64,000 bases of DNA from Nostoc sp. NMS8 (GTDB taxonomy: Bacteria > Cyanobacteriota > Cyanobacteriia > Cyanobacteriales > Nostocaceae): assembly GCF_017115045.1 (NCBI RefSeq), contig NZ_JABXKK010000105.1, forward strand, positions 30,253 to 94,252, written 5' to 3'. The position numbers were made by a program, and so were the translations under genes. The notes beneath the pieces are model-generated. The model was not told where the DNA came from and did no database searches. It was given only the letters and a program-made list of their open reading frames with translations. The number at the start of each line of letters is the position of its first letter. Positions within the stretch are counted from its first letter, which is position 1. Of the stretch, positions 27,491 through 39,062 are shown piece by piece.

Positions 27491-30019
27491 TTACACTTCG
27501 GTGGGTTGATATTCTTGTTGTCTTTCCACAAACGATTGGACACGGGTGCGGTAGTTTCTCACAGTCTCATCTACCCATTCGCGATCGTTGCTATTTGCAT
27601 ACAAATGCACCAGTGGTTCGCTGGCATCTGGTAAAACTAACAGCCAACTGTCATCATAAGGTTGACAAATTTTCACTCCATCGATTAACTCAAGGTTTTG
27701 GGCGGGGTGAGTTTCCACTAAGTAACGCATCAAAGCACCCTTAGCTGTCCACGGACAGCGGACTGTATAAGTTTTGTGAATTACACGGGGTAATTCCGAT
27801 CGCGCCGCCGCAAGCGATCGCTCTTGTATAGTCAACATCTCAATGATCTTGGCAATGCAGAACATGGAATCAAATCCCGGATGCAGTTGCGGGAAAATAA
27901 AACCAGTCTCTCCACTACCTCCTAATACCACATTTGGGTTTTTCTGGCAAGCTTCCATTAAAGCTGTCGGGTTGGCTTTGGTGCGAATCACTCTGCCATC
28001 ATGGCGACGGGCGACTTGTTCAATCGCACTGGAAGCATGAACTGGCACTACTACTGTTCCTCTGGGGTTAGCCGTCAGAATCATATCTACCATCAGTGCT
28101 GTTAAAGTTTCTCCACGAATTGGGTAGCCTGATTCATCAACTAAAATTAGTTGTTCCCCATTCGCGGATACTTGCACGCCAAAGTTAGCTTTTAATGCTT
28201 CCACAACATGGCCTAACTGAGTCAGCAATGCTTCGCGGTCAGTGATTGACATTGCCGTTTTATTGACACTGGCATTCAACACTACTGCATCAGCGCCAAA
28301 TTTATCTAACATTTGGGGTAAAACTGCCCCGGATACTGCATAAACATAATCAATCACCACTTTTGCCCGACTGTTGCGGAGTGTATGAACATGCAACAAT
28401 TTTTCAAAAGCAGTGCAGTAGCGCTCCATGACTTGGCTAGGATAAGATACATCACCAATTTCATGAATTAGCGCCCGCCGCATATCTTCCTTAAAGTAAG
28501 CCCCTTCAATTTTCTTTTCCAGGGCTTTGGAGATATTAATGCCCTTAGCATCCATGAATTCAATCAAAATGTAGTCAGGGCGATCGGGGTGTACCCGCAC
28601 ATGGATACCACCAGCTACCGACATTGTGGGTATAACTGTGCGGGCAATGGGAATAGCTGTGGCATCGAGGTTTTGAATATCAATACCTACTGACATTAAA
28701 CCAGCAATGAGCGATCGCGTCACCATCCGAGAGACATTACGCTGGTCACGGGAAACCGTTACTTTAGAACCAGGTTTCAAGGTTGAACCGTAAGCAGATC
28801 CCAATTTCACGGCGAATTCTGGGGTGATGTCGATATTAGCTAATCCTTGGACACCACGTTGCCCAAATAAATTTCGTTGGGCGGTGTTGCCCCAAATCAA
28901 GTTAATGTTTAAAATTGCCCCTGACTCAATCTTTTTACTAGGCCAAACACGCACACCAGGGCTAATTTGGGCTTCTTCTCCCACTGTGGAAAGCGAACCC
29001 ACAACAGCAGCTTCTAATACATGGGCGCGGCGGTCTACACGAGTGCCACGGGAAATTACACAGGCAGAAAGATGCGCTTCTTCGCCAATAAATGCCCCAT
29101 TCCACACTATGGGACGTTTGAGATTAGCATCAGCGCCAATAGTGACATTATCTCCAATGACGGTTCCCGCCTCAATTTGGACTCTTGCACCGATGCGGCA
29201 ATTATCACCAATCACTACTGGGGTTTCAATCACAGCCGTCTGGTCAATGTAAGTATTTTGGCCTACCCATAACTCATGAGAAACTTCTTTGTAGGCAAAA
29301 TCGAGATTGACTTTCCGATCTAGAGCATCATACTGAGCTTCCCGATAGGCGTCTAAGTGACCAACATCACACCAATAACCTTGAGCAATGTAACCATACA
29401 TTGGCTCATCTTTTGCTAATAGTAAGGGGAATAAGTCTTTGGAAAAGTCACATTCAATATTTGCTGGCAGATATTCCAAAACTTCTGGTTCGAGAATGTA
29501 AGTACCAGTATTGACGGTATCAGAAAAAATTTCACTACTAGAGGGTTTTTCTAAAAATCGCCGAATTCGTGCTTCCTCATCGGTAATCACTACCCCAAAC
29601 TCAATCGGGTTGGGAACCCTGGTTAAAATCAAAGTAGCTTTTGACTTCTTTTGTTTGTGAAATGCGATCGCAGCTGTGAGGTCGAAATCTGTTATGCTAT
29701 CACCGCTAATGACTAAAAAAGTTTCATCAAGAAGTTCGGCAATGTTTTTTACACAGCCGGCTGTACCCAAAGGCTGATCTTCTTCAACCGCATAAGTCAT
29801 TTGGACGCCGAAATCGCTGCCATCTTGAAAATAGTCTCGCAAGACATCAGGTAAATAATGCAATGTCGCAATAACTTCCGTAATTTGATGTCTTTTGAGG
29901 AGATTGATAATATGTTCGGCAATTGGTCGATTTAGAATCGGCACCATCGGTTTCGGCAGATCGCAAGTTAATGGGCGAAGCCGCGTTCCCGAACCCCCTG
30001 CCATCAGTACTGCACGCAT
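27491..30019 (-). CDS. Sugar-phosphate nucleotidyltransferase (mannose-1-phosphate guanylyltransferase-like), left-handed beta-helix, and a phosphomannomutase-like C-terminal half
   Basis: N-terminus [28 protein letters not shown], followed by hexapeptide repeats. The PGM/PMM-like region [31 protein letters not shown] lacks the canonical TASHNP loop. Confidence 0.8.
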   Translation of the reverse strand: MRAVLMAGGSGTRLRPLTCDLPKPMVPILNRPIAEHIINLLKRHQITEVIATLHYLPDVLRDYFQDGSDFGVQMTYAVEEDQPLGTAGCVKNIAELLDETFLVISGDSITDFDLTAAIAFHKQKKSKATLILTRVPNPIEFGVVITDEEARIRRFLEKPSSSEIFSDTVNTGTYILEPEVLEYLPANIECDFSKDLFPLLLAKDEPMYGYIAQGYWCDVGHLDAYREAQYDALDRKVNLDFAYKEVSHELWVGQNTYIDQTAVIETPVVIGDNCRIGARVQIEAGTVIGDNVTIGADANLKRPIVWNGAFIGEEAHLSACVISRGTRVDRRAHVLEAAVVGSLSTVGEEAQISPGVRVWPSKKIESGAILNINLIWGNTAQRNLFGQRGVQGLANIDITPEFAVKLGSAYGSTLKPGSKVTVSRDQRNVSRMVTRSLIAGLMSVGIDIQNLDATAIPIARTVIPTMSVAGGIHVRVHPDRPDYILIEFMDAKGINISKALEKKIEGAYFKEDMRRALIHEIGDVSYPSQVMERYCTAFEKLLHVHTLRNSRAKVVIDYVYAVSGAVLPQMLDKFGADAVVLNASVNKTAMSITDREALLTQLGHVVEALKANFGVQVSANGEQLILVDESGYPIRGETLTALMVDMILTANPRGTVVVPVHASSAIEQVARRHDGRVIRTKANPTALMEACQKNPNVVLGGSGETGFIFPQLHPGFDSMFCIAKIIEMLTIQERSLAAARSELPRVIHKTYTVRCPWTAKGALMRYLVETHPAQNLELIDGVKICQPYDDSWLLVLPDASEPLVHLYANSNDREWVDETVRNYRTRVQSFVERQQEYQPTEV

Positions 30020-30280
30020 AAATTCTCCTTAACTAGTTACAGCCTTCGCTACTGCAAGACTTATGAGATATTTTTTATTCTTCCTTCTTTAGTCTCCTAT
30101 GGATATTGATATTTGAGGAAATTCCATAAGATGCATCTAGATTAGGGTATTGGGCATCTGACCGAAACAGATTGAAGAAGAATTCAGGAGTCAGAATTCA
30201 ATAATCAGTGGGGGATTCAGACTTGCCAATGGAAACCATCAATCAAACCACTTCTTAAATATTAATAGTTTTCTCCTAAT

Positions 30281-30856
30281 TTATACTAAGTTACAAACAC
30301 GTTGTAACGCTTGTTGAAGTAGGATTTGATATTCTTTATCCCCAACCCGACAAGCACCAAACCTTTCCAAATGGGGATTCATCATTTGGGCATCAAAAAA
30401 CACAAATTTCCTCTGGCGCAATCTTTCTACCAACTTCACCATCGCCACCTTTGAACCTTCGGGAATGCGGTAGAACATCGACTCACCAATGAAAGCGCCA
30501 CCAATGACAATCCCTAAAATTCCCCCAGCTAATTCGTCACCCTGCCAAGTTTCAAAACTATAAGCATAACCATTCTGGTAAAGTAGCGAATAAATCTCTC
30601 GTAATTCCGGTGAAATCCAAGTTGTCTCTCTGTCAGCACACCCAGCTACCACAGCTTGAAAATCCCGATTAATCGCCACTGTAAAACGTTCTTGATTGAT
30701 AACGCGCTGTAAAGATTTGGGGTAGCGAAACCGTTCATCCAAAGGAATCAAAGTCCGATCGCGACTTCCGTACCAACTCAGGCGATCGCGCTCATCAGCC
30801 ATGAGAAAATAGCCTTGTGCATAGCCCTCAACAATAGCGGCGATATCATATTGCAT
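30281..30856 (-). CDS. aat: Leucyl/phenylalanyl-tRNA--protein transferase
   Basis: [10 protein letters not shown].., [45 protein letters not shown]. Confidence 0.85.
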   Translation of the reverse strand: MQYDIAAIVEGYAQGYFLMADERDRLSWYGSRDRTLIPLDERFRYPKSLQRVINQERFTVAINRDFQAVVAGCADRETTWISPELREIYSLLYQNGYAYSFETWQGDELAGGILGIVIGGAFIGESMFYRIPEGSKVAMVKLVERLRQRKFVFFDAQMMNPHLERFGACRVGDKEYQILLQQALQRVCNLV

Positions 30857-30958
30857 AAATAAATATAAAAAAACACTCTTAGAAACGCAATTTGATGCTA
30901 ACAGTCAACCTCAGCGTTCCTCTGCGTTTCCCTCCGCGTCCCTCTGCGTTTAAAAAAG

Positions 30959-31288
30959 ATGACTCAACCAATTCCACCCATCACCCTACCACCGCCCGAA
31001 AACCCTCTACTCGAAGGTGAATGGTTACGAGAACGCTTACAACGGTGGTTAGATACAGAATTTATCCCCGAAGCAGTCAACCAAAATATTGCTCAACGAG
31101 CCGCACAGATTTTTGTGCGTCAACGGATGGAGGGAGAAAATGACCTTGGTTCTCTGGTAATTGCCATTGTCACAGAGATGCAGTCCTATGATTTTTCTAA
31201 TAGCTTTTACGGAGAGTTTGCGATCGCCAACGCCGTCAGCGATCTACTCTTAGAAAGTCTGGGAATTGATAAATGTTGTGGTCAATAA
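30959..31288 (+). CDS. Conserved hypothetical protein
   Basis: 109-aa ORF with coding-like composition. No motif recognised. Confidence 0.5.
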   Translation: MTQPIPPITLPPPENPLLEGEWLRERLQRWLDTEFIPEAVNQNIAQRAAQIFVRQRMEGENDLGSLVIAIVTEMQSYDFSNSFYGEFAIANAVSDLLLESLGIDKCCGQ

Positions 31289-31291
31289 TAT

Positions 31292-31340
31292 TTTGTCATT
31301 TGTCATTTGTCCTTTGTCATTTATCCTTTGTCCTTTGTTA
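31292..31340. repeat. STRR heptamer array (TTTGTCA/TTTGTCC units)
   Basis: tttgtcatttgtcatttgtcctttgtcatttatcctttgtcctttgtta. Confidence 0.8.
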
Positions 31341-31400
31341 TTTACCAATGACGAATACAACTCTTGGAGAGGCTGCGCCAACGACTACGCTCAGTACAAG

Positions 31401-31433
31401 TGACTAATGACTAATGACCAATGACTAATGACT
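31401..31433. repeat. STRR heptamer array (TGACTAA units)
   Basis: tgactaatgactaatgaccaatgactaatgact. Confidence 0.8.
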
Positions 31434-31438
31434 CTTAA

Positions 31439-31741
31439 CTACCAACTAGACTTAACAACTCCAGGCAAAAGACCTTCATGTGCCCATTCTCGTAGCACGT
31501 TCCGAGACAACCCAAAATCGCGGTAAACACCTCTAGAACGACCAGTCAACCAACAACGATTGCGGTGGCGAGTGGGCGCACTATTCCGGGGTAGCTGTTG
31601 AATCTTCCGATGGATTTCCAGCTTATCCAAAGGAGATGCCGCACTTCTGAACTCTTCTAGAAGGGCTTCTCGCTTGTCAGCATACTTTTCTATCAACCTG
31701 GTGCGCTTTTTCTCGCGCTCAATCAAGCTCTTTTTTGCCAT
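31439..31741 (-). CDS. rpsN: 30S ribosomal protein S14
   Basis: [13 protein letters not shown]...[41 protein letters not shown]. Confidence 0.95.
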   Translation of the reverse strand: MAKKSLIEREKKRTRLIEKYADKREALLEEFRSAASPLDKLEIHRKIQQLPRNSAPTRHRNRCWLTGRSRGVYRDFGLSRNVLREWAHEGLLPGVVKSSW

Positions 31742-31818
31742 AAATTCTCTAACTTAATTTAAAGACACCGTTTTCCATTCTACAGTCTCGCCATCAATTC
31801 TGGGGTTACTTGTGTCGC

Positions 31819-32538
31819 TTACCCTACAACCACTGGCTGATTCGCAGCAGGACATAAATCAGCAAGCTCACAAGCAACACAAACGGGAGAGCGGGCTTTA
31901 CAAATAGCACGACCATGATAAATCAGCCGAATTGACCAATTTTCCCAATCAGGCTGCGGCAATAAACCCATTAAATCTTGCTCAATGCGAACGGGGTCTT
32001 TTGCTTCAGTTAAACCCAAACGTCCGCTGAGGCGCTTGACGTGAGTATCTACTGTCACGCCGGCATTAATTCCATAAGCATGAGCCAAGACTACATTTGC
32101 TGTTTTGCGCGCCACACCTGGAAGCTTTAACAATTGCTCCATTTGGTTGGGGACAACAGAGTTAAACTCAGTGACAATCATCCGACAGGCGGCTTGAATG
32201 TTTTTAGCTTTGTTGTGATAAAATCCGGTTGAACGCACCAAACTTTCTAATTCTACCAAGTCAGCGATCGCTAAACTTGCAGCATCAGGAAACTTACCAA
32301 ATAAAGCTGGTGTTACCTTATTCACTCGCTCATCAGTACACTGAGCCGAGAGAATCGTTGCTACCAATAGTTGTACTGGTGTTGAGTAGTTCAAAGAGCA
32401 GGTAGCATCTGGATAAAGACGCTTCAGACGAGCTAAAATTTCTAGCGATCGCTTCTTTAAAGGTGAAAGTTTCTCTTTCCTACTCCCCACTCCCGACTTC
32501 CCACTCGCTATTTTCACTGGAATAATTTTTGCACCCAT
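31819..32538 (-). CDS. nth: Endonuclease III
   Basis: HhH motif LPGVARKTANVVL and Fe-S cluster motif CKARSPVCVACELADLC. The annotated start overlaps the end of rseP by 25 nt, so the true start may lie downstream. Confidence 0.9.
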   Translation of the reverse strand: MGAKIIPVKIASGKSGVGSRKEKLSPLKKRSLEILARLKRLYPDATCSLNYSTPVQLLVATILSAQCTDERVNKVTPALFGKFPDAASLAIADLVELESLVRSTGFYHNKAKNIQAACRMIVTEFNSVVPNQMEQLLKLPGVARKTANVVLAHAYGINAGVTVDTHVKRLSGRLGLTEAKDPVRIEQDLMGLLPQPDWENWSIRLIYHGRAICKARSPVCVACELADLCPAANQPVVVG

Positions 32539-33614
32539 TCCAATTGGCTAGTTAATTGGGTAGTTTCTTTGACTATCAGAAAAATTCCTAAGCCTAAGAG
32601 TAGCACCAAACCAGTTTGCATTACACCTTCTTGAATCCGGGCAGGTACAGGCTTACCGCGCAAACCTTCAATTAGCAGAAAAGCCAGTTGTCCGCCATCC
32701 AAAGCTGGTAAAGGCAAAATGTTGATAATAGCCAAGTTAATGCTGATAATTGCGGCAAAAGACAACAGATTTACGCTATTGTCCTCAGCTAACTTTGCAC
32801 CTATTTTGACAATATTAACTGGCCCAGAAACTTGTCCAGCAGTTTGTTGAAAGTTGGTAATCAACTGTCCAAAACCGCTGAGTGTTCCAACAAATAATTG
32901 TTGAAATCTATTGGCAGCAAGACCGAAAATTTCAAAAGGACTATTAGGACGGCGATAAATTGCTGTAGCATTTGGACTGAGTGCCACACCAACTACACCT
33001 TTACCATCAGCTCCCAATTTTGGTGTTAATTTCAGGATTTGTTGTTGTTTTTCACGCAGAATTTTCAGTTCGATTTGCTGATTGGGATGAGTTTGAATTT
33101 CTTTTGTCAGCAAAGGAGTTGATTTATCAGAAGCCGGGAGTTCTTGACCGTTAACAGCCAGAATAATATCTCCTTCCCGAATTCCTGCTTGATAGGCAAC
33201 AGATTCTTGATTAACAGGCTGTACAAGGACACCAGCTTGATAGGTTAATTCCTTGGGAATGCCGACAATACCCAATTGCAGAGCCAACACCAAGTAAGCA
33301 AATATTAAATTGGCAATTACTCCGGCACTGATAACTATCGCCCGGTCTAAAACTGGACGATTACGCAGCAGATTTGGGTCATTGGGTGGAACATCGCTAT
33401 CGGGGTCATCATCGGGAAAGCCCACAAAACCGCCCAAAGGAAAAGCGCGGACAGCATATTCGGTTTGTGAACCTTGGTACTTCAAAAGAACTGGGCCAAA
33501 ACCCAAAGAAAAACGGTTAACAAGAATGCCTTGAGAACGTGCTGCAACAAAATGTCCCAACTCGTGTACCAAGATCAAAACAGCCAAGACTGCGATCGCT
33601 GCTAAAACTGACAT
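32514..33614 (-). CDS. rseP: RIP (site-2) zinc metalloprotease RseP family
   Basis: HELGHF zinc motif, a PDZ-like middle region, and a C-terminal NLLPLPALDGG-type motif (NILPLPALDGG). Confidence 0.9.
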   Translation of the reverse strand: MSVLAAIAVLAVLILVHELGHFVAARSQGILVNRFSLGFGPVLLKYQGSQTEYAVRAFPLGGFVGFPDDDPDSDVPPNDPNLLRNRPVLDRAIVISAGVIANLIFAYLVLALQLGIVGIPKELTYQAGVLVQPVNQESVAYQAGIREGDIILAVNGQELPASDKSTPLLTKEIQTHPNQQIELKILREKQQQILKLTPKLGADGKGVVGVALSPNATAIYRRPNSPFEIFGLAANRFQQLFVGTLSGFGQLITNFQQTAGQVSGPVNIVKIGAKLAEDNSVNLLSFAAIISINLAIINILPLPALDGGQLAFLLIEGLRGKPVPARIQEGVMQTGLVLLLGLGIFLIVKETTQLTSQLEWVQKLFQ

Positions 33615-33660
33615 AGAGTAAATTTAGTGAAGATATTAAGCTATAGTTATCTTCATTCTA

Positions 33661-33700
33661 ATTGGGTATTGGGCATGGGGCATTGGGCATTGGGCATTGG
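33661..33700. repeat. STRR heptamer array (CATTGGG units)
   Basis: attgggtattgggcatggggcattgggcattgggcattgg. Confidence 0.8.
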
Positions 33701-33718
33701 TAAAAGACTAATGACAAA

Positions 33719-34999
33719 TTACAAAACTTCACGTCCCAAGTAAGGTTGCAATACTTCTGGTATCTTCACCGTCCCATCAGATTGTTGATAGTTTTCCAAA
33801 ATTGCTGCCATTGTCCTTCCCACCGCCAAACCCGAACCATTAAGGGTGTGTACGAACTGAGTTCCTTTCTTCCCCGCCTCCTTGAAGCGAATATCAGCCC
33901 GTCGTGCTTGGAAATCTATAGTATTGGAACAGCTAGAAATTTCGCGGTATTTGCCAGAAGAGGGCAACCAAACCTCTAAATCATAAGTTTTGGTAGAGGC
34001 AAATCCCAAATCTCCAGTACTTAAATTTACTACTCGATAAGGCAACCGCAACGCCTGTAAAATTGCTTCTGCATTCCCTACCAATTTCTCTAATTCATCA
34101 AAAGACGTACTGGGTTCGACAAACTTCACCATTTCCACCTTGTTAAATTGATGGAGACGAATTAATCCCCGCATATCGCGTCCATAACTACCAGCTTCGC
34201 GGCGAAAACAGGGGGTAAAGGCACAGTGGTAAATAGGCAAATCTTCAGCAGCGAGAATTTCACCCCGGTAGAGATTTGTAACTGGAACTTCCGCCGTCGG
34301 AATCAGCCACAAGTCATCATCAGCGCATTTAAAGCTTTCTTCCGCAAACTTAGGTAACTGACCAGTCGCCGTCAAAGACTCAGTATTCACCAACAGCGGC
34401 GGACTAACTTCTATATACCCTGCTTGAGTATGGAGACTCAGCATAAATTGAATTAATGCCCTCTCCAATGCCGCACCAGCACCTATCAATGTCACAAAGC
34501 GACTTTGGGCAACTTTTACAGCTCGTTCGACATTGAGAATACCTAGCTTTTCGCCAATTTCCCAGTGAGGGAGAATATTCGGATTTTGGGGAATATACTC
34601 ATCACCCCAACGACGCACTTCTACGTTATCTTCCTCATTCTTACCAAGGGGTGTAGAGTCGCTTGGCAAGTTGGGAAGTGCCAACACAAGTTGAGCAATT
34701 TCAGCTTTGAGTTCTTTTTCTTGGGGTTCAAGTTGGCTCAAAGTAGCTTTAACAGAGTTACCTTCATCCCGCAAAGCTTGAATTTCTGGGTCTTGAGGAT
34801 TGATCCCAGATTTAATTTTCTGCCCGACAATTTTACCAATTTCGTTGCTCCGGGCTTGGAGTTGACTACGTGTCCCCTCAAGTTCCCGTTGTTGCCGATC
34901 TAACAGTAATATCGGTTCAATGTCGTATTTACCACTACGACTATTCAATCGTTCTTGAACGAATTGCGGATTTTCTCGTATTTGCTTGATATCCAGCAC
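33719..34999 (-). CDS. serS: Serine--tRNA ligase
   Basis: [11 protein letters not shown].. coiled-coil arm and class II core ([34 protein letters not shown]). Confidence 0.95.
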   Translation of the reverse strand: MLDIKQIRENPQFVQERLNSRSGKYDIEPILLLDRQQRELEGTRSQLQARSNEIGKIVGQKIKSGINPQDPEIQALRDEGNSVKATLSQLEPQEKELKAEIAQLVLALPNLPSDSTPLGKNEEDNVEVRRWGDEYIPQNPNILPHWEIGEKLGILNVERAVKVAQSRFVTLIGAGAALERALIQFMLSLHTQAGYIEVSPPLLVNTESLTATGQLPKFAEESFKCADDDLWLIPTAEVPVTNLYRGEILAAEDLPIYHCAFTPCFRREAGSYGRDMRGLIRLHQFNKVEMVKFVEPSTSFDELEKLVGNAEAILQALRLPYRVVNLSTGDLGFASTKTYDLEVWLPSSGKYREISSCSNTIDFQARRADIRFKEAGKKGTQFVHTLNGSGLAVGRTMAAILENYQQSDGTVKIPEVLQPYLGREVL

Positions 35000-35192
35000 A
35001 GATTTTTCTCAGTTTTTAGCCTATTATCTTTTTGTCAATACAGTTAACACATAAGCATCCAGCATATAGTAATTTCGGTTTGCTGTGACTGGAAAAACAA
35101 AGTTTTTTAGAAAAATTAGTCTTAACCTATTATCAAAATTTTACCCTAGCATCACTGCCAGGGCTACGAAAGTAGATAATGCATTTAACCAA

Positions 35193-35543
35193 TCATGGAT
35201 TGGTATTTGAAGTCACTGTCGTTTCAGCAACCTGAGCTAGAATCTGACCATTGCCATTAGCGTTTTCAGTTGCGGCAAACGTCTTTTGAGTGATACTCGG
35301 TTGTTCCCTATCGTCTCTAGTTTGTCCAAGTGAAGGTAGCCAGTATGCAAGCACACTTGATAAACCACCCCAGTAAAGGGCAACATTCTTATCGTTATCT
35401 GGTGAACCAAGTTTGAAAATGCACAGTCCCAGTACGATGCTACTAAAGAAAACCTGTACGCTAAATCTCCAAGCTTCTTGATTAAATTTCCGTTCTGGTT
35501 GATTTTTCATAATGTTAAGACTTTCAAAAAAGATGTGTATCAT
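35193..35543 (-). CDS. Hypothetical membrane protein
   Basis: Two predicted TM segments (FSVQVFFSSIVLGLCIF and WGGLSSVLAYWLPSL). The start is possibly at the internal MKNQPERK. Confidence 0.4.
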   Translation of the reverse strand: MIHIFFESLNIMKNQPERKFNQEAWRFSVQVFFSSIVLGLCIFKLGSPDNDKNVALYWGGLSSVLAYWLPSLGQTRDDREQPSITQKTFAATENANGNGQILAQVAETTVTSNTNP

Positions 35544-35692
35544 CCCTGTGCCACTTTTTAGCAGGATGTTTTTTTCAAATAATCTATAGTTGTCTTCACA
35601 CCTTGGGCTATATGTTACGGAAAAGTAGAATAGGATTACGCAATTAATTTGCTAAATAAAAAAAGATAAGGAGAAATTATTTACCGAAGAAA

Positions 35693-35795
35693 GGCAGAGG
35701 GCAGGATAGCGCAGCGTTAGCGAGTCCGCGTTCGCTTTTAGCGTCTCGTAGAGGGCGTCGGCAGGAGGAAGAAAATATATTTTTTGCCCTCTGCC
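35693..35795. repeat. MITE-like small dispersed repeat
   Basis: Terminal inverted repeats ggcagagggca (35693-35703) and tgccctctgcc (35785-35795). Core modules agcgagtccgcgt (also at 62880) and gcgtctcgtagag (also at 2558). Confidence 0.6.
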
Positions 35796-35853
35796 AAACG
35801 GGTTTAAAGCAAGTAAATTTATTTATAAAAAACAAAGAAATATGTATAACTAG

Positions 35854-35920
35854 TGGCGCAGTGAACCAGTGCTGTAGGCGGGTTTCCCGCCGTAGGCGAC
35901 TGGTGAACCCGAAGGGCGCA
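35854..35920. repeat. Small dispersed repeat with a central gcgggtttcccgcc hairpin
   Basis: ccagtgctgtaggcgggtttcccgccgtaggcgactgg. Architecture is similar to 57655-57722. Confidence 0.5.
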
Positions 35921-36007
35921 AGAAATACGGCGTCCTTATTAAATCCACTAAGTATTATTTATGGGGATTCCTTCCGCCTCCTTAATCTCCTCAATTCCCC
36001 ACTTGTA

Positions 36008-36586
36008 TTAAGGACGGTTAATGCGATTGAGTAGCCAAAGCGATGCTACAAGCCCTGCAAAGTGTGCTGAGACGGTGTTGGTGTTTGCCTGTACGACAAG
36101 CATATCTAGACCGCTAATAATTCGGGTAGGGTCAAAAAATTGGGTAGTTATCGCTTGCGGAGAGATGGATCTTGCTACCAGTGTGCCAACGATCGCTTGC
36201 GCCCCCAATAGAGTCACCAGCGTTCCCCCTAAATTCACCCACAGCCCTAAGCGTAATACTTGCACAGTCTCACTTTTGCGAGGGCGGTTGCTGGGATTGG
36301 AGGATTCCAATAGCTTGCCAATTCTAGTATAACGGTAGGCTAAATAAATTCCCCCACCCAAAACAACCAGTCCACAAATTGCTAAAAATACACCAAAGCC
36401 AGTCCCAGGATTATTAGTAGGACTGCCAGTTTTTTGATTAAAGACGGCGAACAGCAGCACAATTATGCTAGAAACAACGCCTAGCACTAGCTGAATCCAG
36501 AAGCTAATCCAACCTGTAAGGCGAAAAGTTTGGGCAATTACCCTAAGAGTTGAGGAAGATGATGGGGCATCGGGAGTTTGTGACAT
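36008..36586 (-). CDS. DUF3611-like polytopic membrane protein
   Basis: The ORF runs to 36643, but MSQTPDAPSSS at 36586 is the more plausible start. TGWISFWIQLVLGVVSSIIVLLFAVF is present, with 4 predicted TM segments. Confidence 0.55.
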   Translation of the reverse strand: MSQTPDAPSSSSTLRVIAQTFRLTGWISFWIQLVLGVVSSIIVLLFAVFNQKTGSPTNNPGTGFGVFLAICGLVVLGGGIYLAYRYTRIGKLLESSNPSNRPRKSETVQVLRLGLWVNLGGTLVTLLGAQAIVGTLVARSISPQAITTQFFDPTRIISGLDMLVVQANTNTVSAHFAGLVASLWLLNRINRP

Positions 36587-37209
36587 AGTACCAATGTGCT
36601 GCGCTTTATTAAGGGACAAGAGTAAACAGGGACGTGGGGACATGGAGAGTTCTTTACCCGCGTCCCTTGCGTCTTATTTGATAAATTTACTATCACACTT
36701 GCCACAACAGACAAGAGATTCTCTTGTCGAGGAAACCAGCAATGGTTGCTACTTAAGTGTTTTCACTGGCGTAGCAGCTTTAACCCAGACATATCCCTTA
36801 GCGTAAGCTTTTAGAATTCGCATTGGGAAAATTACTGTAAAACAAAGTGTTTATTAACATTTACAGACAAAATAGCATTTTACCTGTAAAATTTCTTCGA
36901 TGGCATTTTATTGCTTAAGCGGTTCTAACCACTCTGGCATCACTTAACACCAAGATAGTGACTTCGCCACTGTCTGTTGGCTCCTCAAGACACTGTATCG
37001 AGCTTAGGTAGGGATACATTATTTTGTACCCCTAAAACTCGCAAACTCTTCCCACTATTTCACAGATGTGGGTGATTATTTGGTCTTTACGCAATGGATA
37101 TCTAGTCTAAGTAGCTTTATATGTATTACTCACTTAGCAGTAGCACTGTATACTGACTACAAGGATTGTAGACCTTACCCTAAGGCATTTTTTTAGCCAT
37201 TCACTAACC

Positions 37210-37557
37210 ATGAAACTTGAGGATATATATCAATTTTTTGAGAATCCTCCGCCAACTTACCTTTGTCAGGAACTTGCAGTTTGTTACATACTGTTTGTTT
37301 TATTACAAGGGGAATCCTACGGAACCGAGTTGATCGAGCAATTAGAAACGGAATATCCCATCTATCGGCTTTCAGATACCGTACTTTATAGTGCAATCAA
37401 ATTTCTGGAAGACCAAGGGGCAATCACTGGATATTGGAAGAAACTCGAAGGACGGGGACGCCCCAGGCGGATGTACCAAGTTTCTCCCGAATGGCAAGTT
37501 CAAGCTCAGGATTTAGCTTTTCTTTGGCAACACTACATTAACGGGAGGACAAAGTAA
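37210..37557 (+). CDS. PadR-family transcriptional regulator
   Basis: GESYGTELIEQLE..YRLSDTVLYSAIKFLEDQGAITGYW, a winged-helix signature. Confidence 0.8.
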   Translation: MKLEDIYQFFENPPPTYLCQELAVCYILFVLLQGESYGTELIEQLETEYPIYRLSDTVLYSAIKFLEDQGAITGYWKKLEGRGRPRRMYQVSPEWQVQAQDLAFLWQHYINGRTK

Positions 37558-37560
37558 TAG

Positions 37561-37587
37561 GATTTTAGATTTTAGATTTTGGATTGT
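37561..37587. repeat. STRR heptamer array (GATTTTA units)
   Basis: gattttagattttagattttggattgt. Confidence 0.8.
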
Positions 37588-37705
37588 GGAAGAGTCGCTA
37601 GTAATCGCTTTTTGGCGCTCTATTTGTCGCAATCATTGTTCAAATCGGTATAACGAATAATTGATAATGAATAAGTCTCCTCCAGTCAAACATTAACAAT
37701 TCGTT

Positions 37706-38236
37706 ATGGATACTGCTATTCTGCCATCTACGTTCCTGCTAACTTTGTTGTTATCGGTTGGGCTGTTTTTCTTTATTCGTGCCTCGACTAAAGACCGCAC
37801 AGAAATAGTGCAACTGGTATCTGAGCAAGACGAAGCTGCTTTGATGTCTCAATTAAAAGAGTATTTTCGATCGCGGTCTTACCGAGTGGCAGCGGTAGAC
37901 CGAGAACAAAACCAAGTGACTTTTGAAGGTTTTGTTCGCCCCAGCTGGTTCTTAGCTATATTCCTAACTTTACTTGCAGCTACCGGGATTGTTTGTTTAT
38001 TTCTGGTTGTATACCTGCTTTTTCCTCGCCTGAGTACTGTTGTTCTGGCGATGGTTCTGCTGTCGCCTTTAAGTGGTCTATTTTATTGGAAAAAGTCTGG
38101 AAGACTTGAGAAGGTGTTGCTCAAAGTAGAAACAACTCAGAGCGAACAAACCTCCTCAAGTAGGATCACCGTAGTTGCCCATCGAGATGAACTCAGTGAG
38201 TTGCAAAGGACTCTACAGCTAAAGCCTGGGAAATAA
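37706..38236 (+). CDS. Conserved membrane protein, possibly a CCB1-like cytochrome b6f cofactor-assembly protein
   Basis: N-terminal TM followed by FFFIRASTKDRTE. Three predicted TM segments. The family assignment is from memory only. Confidence 0.4.
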   Translation: MDTAILPSTFLLTLLLSVGLFFFIRASTKDRTEIVQLVSEQDEAALMSQLKEYFRSRSYRVAAVDREQNQVTFEGFVRPSWFLAIFLTLLAATGIVCLFLVVYLLFPRLSTVVLAMVLLSPLSGLFYWKKSGRLEKVLLKVETTQSEQTSSSRITVVAHRDELSELQRTLQLKPGK

Positions 38237-38684
38237 TTGTTGATTTTCGTGACCATCTTTTAACTATGATATGCAGACTTCTGACCTGACCTACTCTTTA
38301 GGCAATGGAAAGTAGGAAGGAGGAAATCAAGACCAATGCTTTGTCAGTTTTCCCCGCGACATAAGTCGTGGGGAAAAAATTTAAATTCATTAACTTAAAT
38401 TCATTGACAGAGCTTTCTCAATATCTACGGCATAAGAGCGCAACTTCACTAGCACTTTTAAACGCGCCTGGCTCTATACCAACTCCCTTCTGCATCATCA
38501 AAATAGTATCAACCCATGCAATCTAGCGTGGTTTGAGACAAATTTACTTTCCAACTACCTGGACTAGATTTACTGGCAATCAGCTACAAACTAAAAAAAA
38601 ATTAAATTTTGCATAAACTTAGCAATTTTGCCAGTTAATGATAGTCAGGAGCCACATTCAATGCCTAAGATGACCATTGATGGT

Positions 38685-39062
38685 TCACCTACCAGCTAAA
38701 GCAAGAGGTTCCTGACCTGGCGAAGGTTCTAACACCCTCAAACTAGGAAACAAGAAATGGTTTTCCTCTACGTATTGAGCACCAAACAGTCCCTTTTCTG
38801 CCCAGAAATAACGATCTGTAGTGTGTTCATTGCGCTTTACGAGTAGCAACGCTGGTGGCAAAATCCCTTCAGCTTGAATGAATCTTCTCGCTGCTGTCAC
38901 AGGCTTTTCTTCGCCACTTTCGATGCTATATTGAGGCACGTGTTCCAAAATGCGCCGTCCTTCCTGACGACGACGACTCTTCCTTTTGCGTCTCCTTGCC
39001 AATTTATTGTCCTCCTCTTTCAAGCTATAGATTGTAGTTATAGCTACAAAATCCGTCGTCAT
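38685..39062 (-). CDS. Hypothetical protein with an Arg/Lys-rich N-terminal tract
   Basis: 125-aa ORF containing KLARRRKRKSRRRQEGRR. No family recognised. Confidence 0.45.
   Translation of the reverse strand: MTTDFVAITTIYSLKEEDNKLARRRKRKSRRRQEGRRILEHVPQYSIESGEEKPVTAARRFIQAEGILPPALLLVKRNEHTTDRYFWAEKGLFGAQYVEENHFLFPSLRVLEPSPGQEPLALAGR

Noticed and set aside
37140-37153. Perfect NtcA-type palindrome GTA-N8-TAC (gtagcactgtatac) 57 nt upstream of the PadR gene
   Set aside because: This 6-nt-information motif is expected by chance roughly a dozen or more times in 64 kb. No good -10 box (TAN3T) lies about 22 nt downstream. Not supportable from sequence alone.
38351-38374. Hairpin tccccgcgac-ataa-gtcgtgggga considered as an intrinsic terminator
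   Set aside because: The tract polarity is wrong in both directions (TTTT before and AAAAAA after the stem), so neither strand gets a 3' U-run. It may be structural or repeat-derived.
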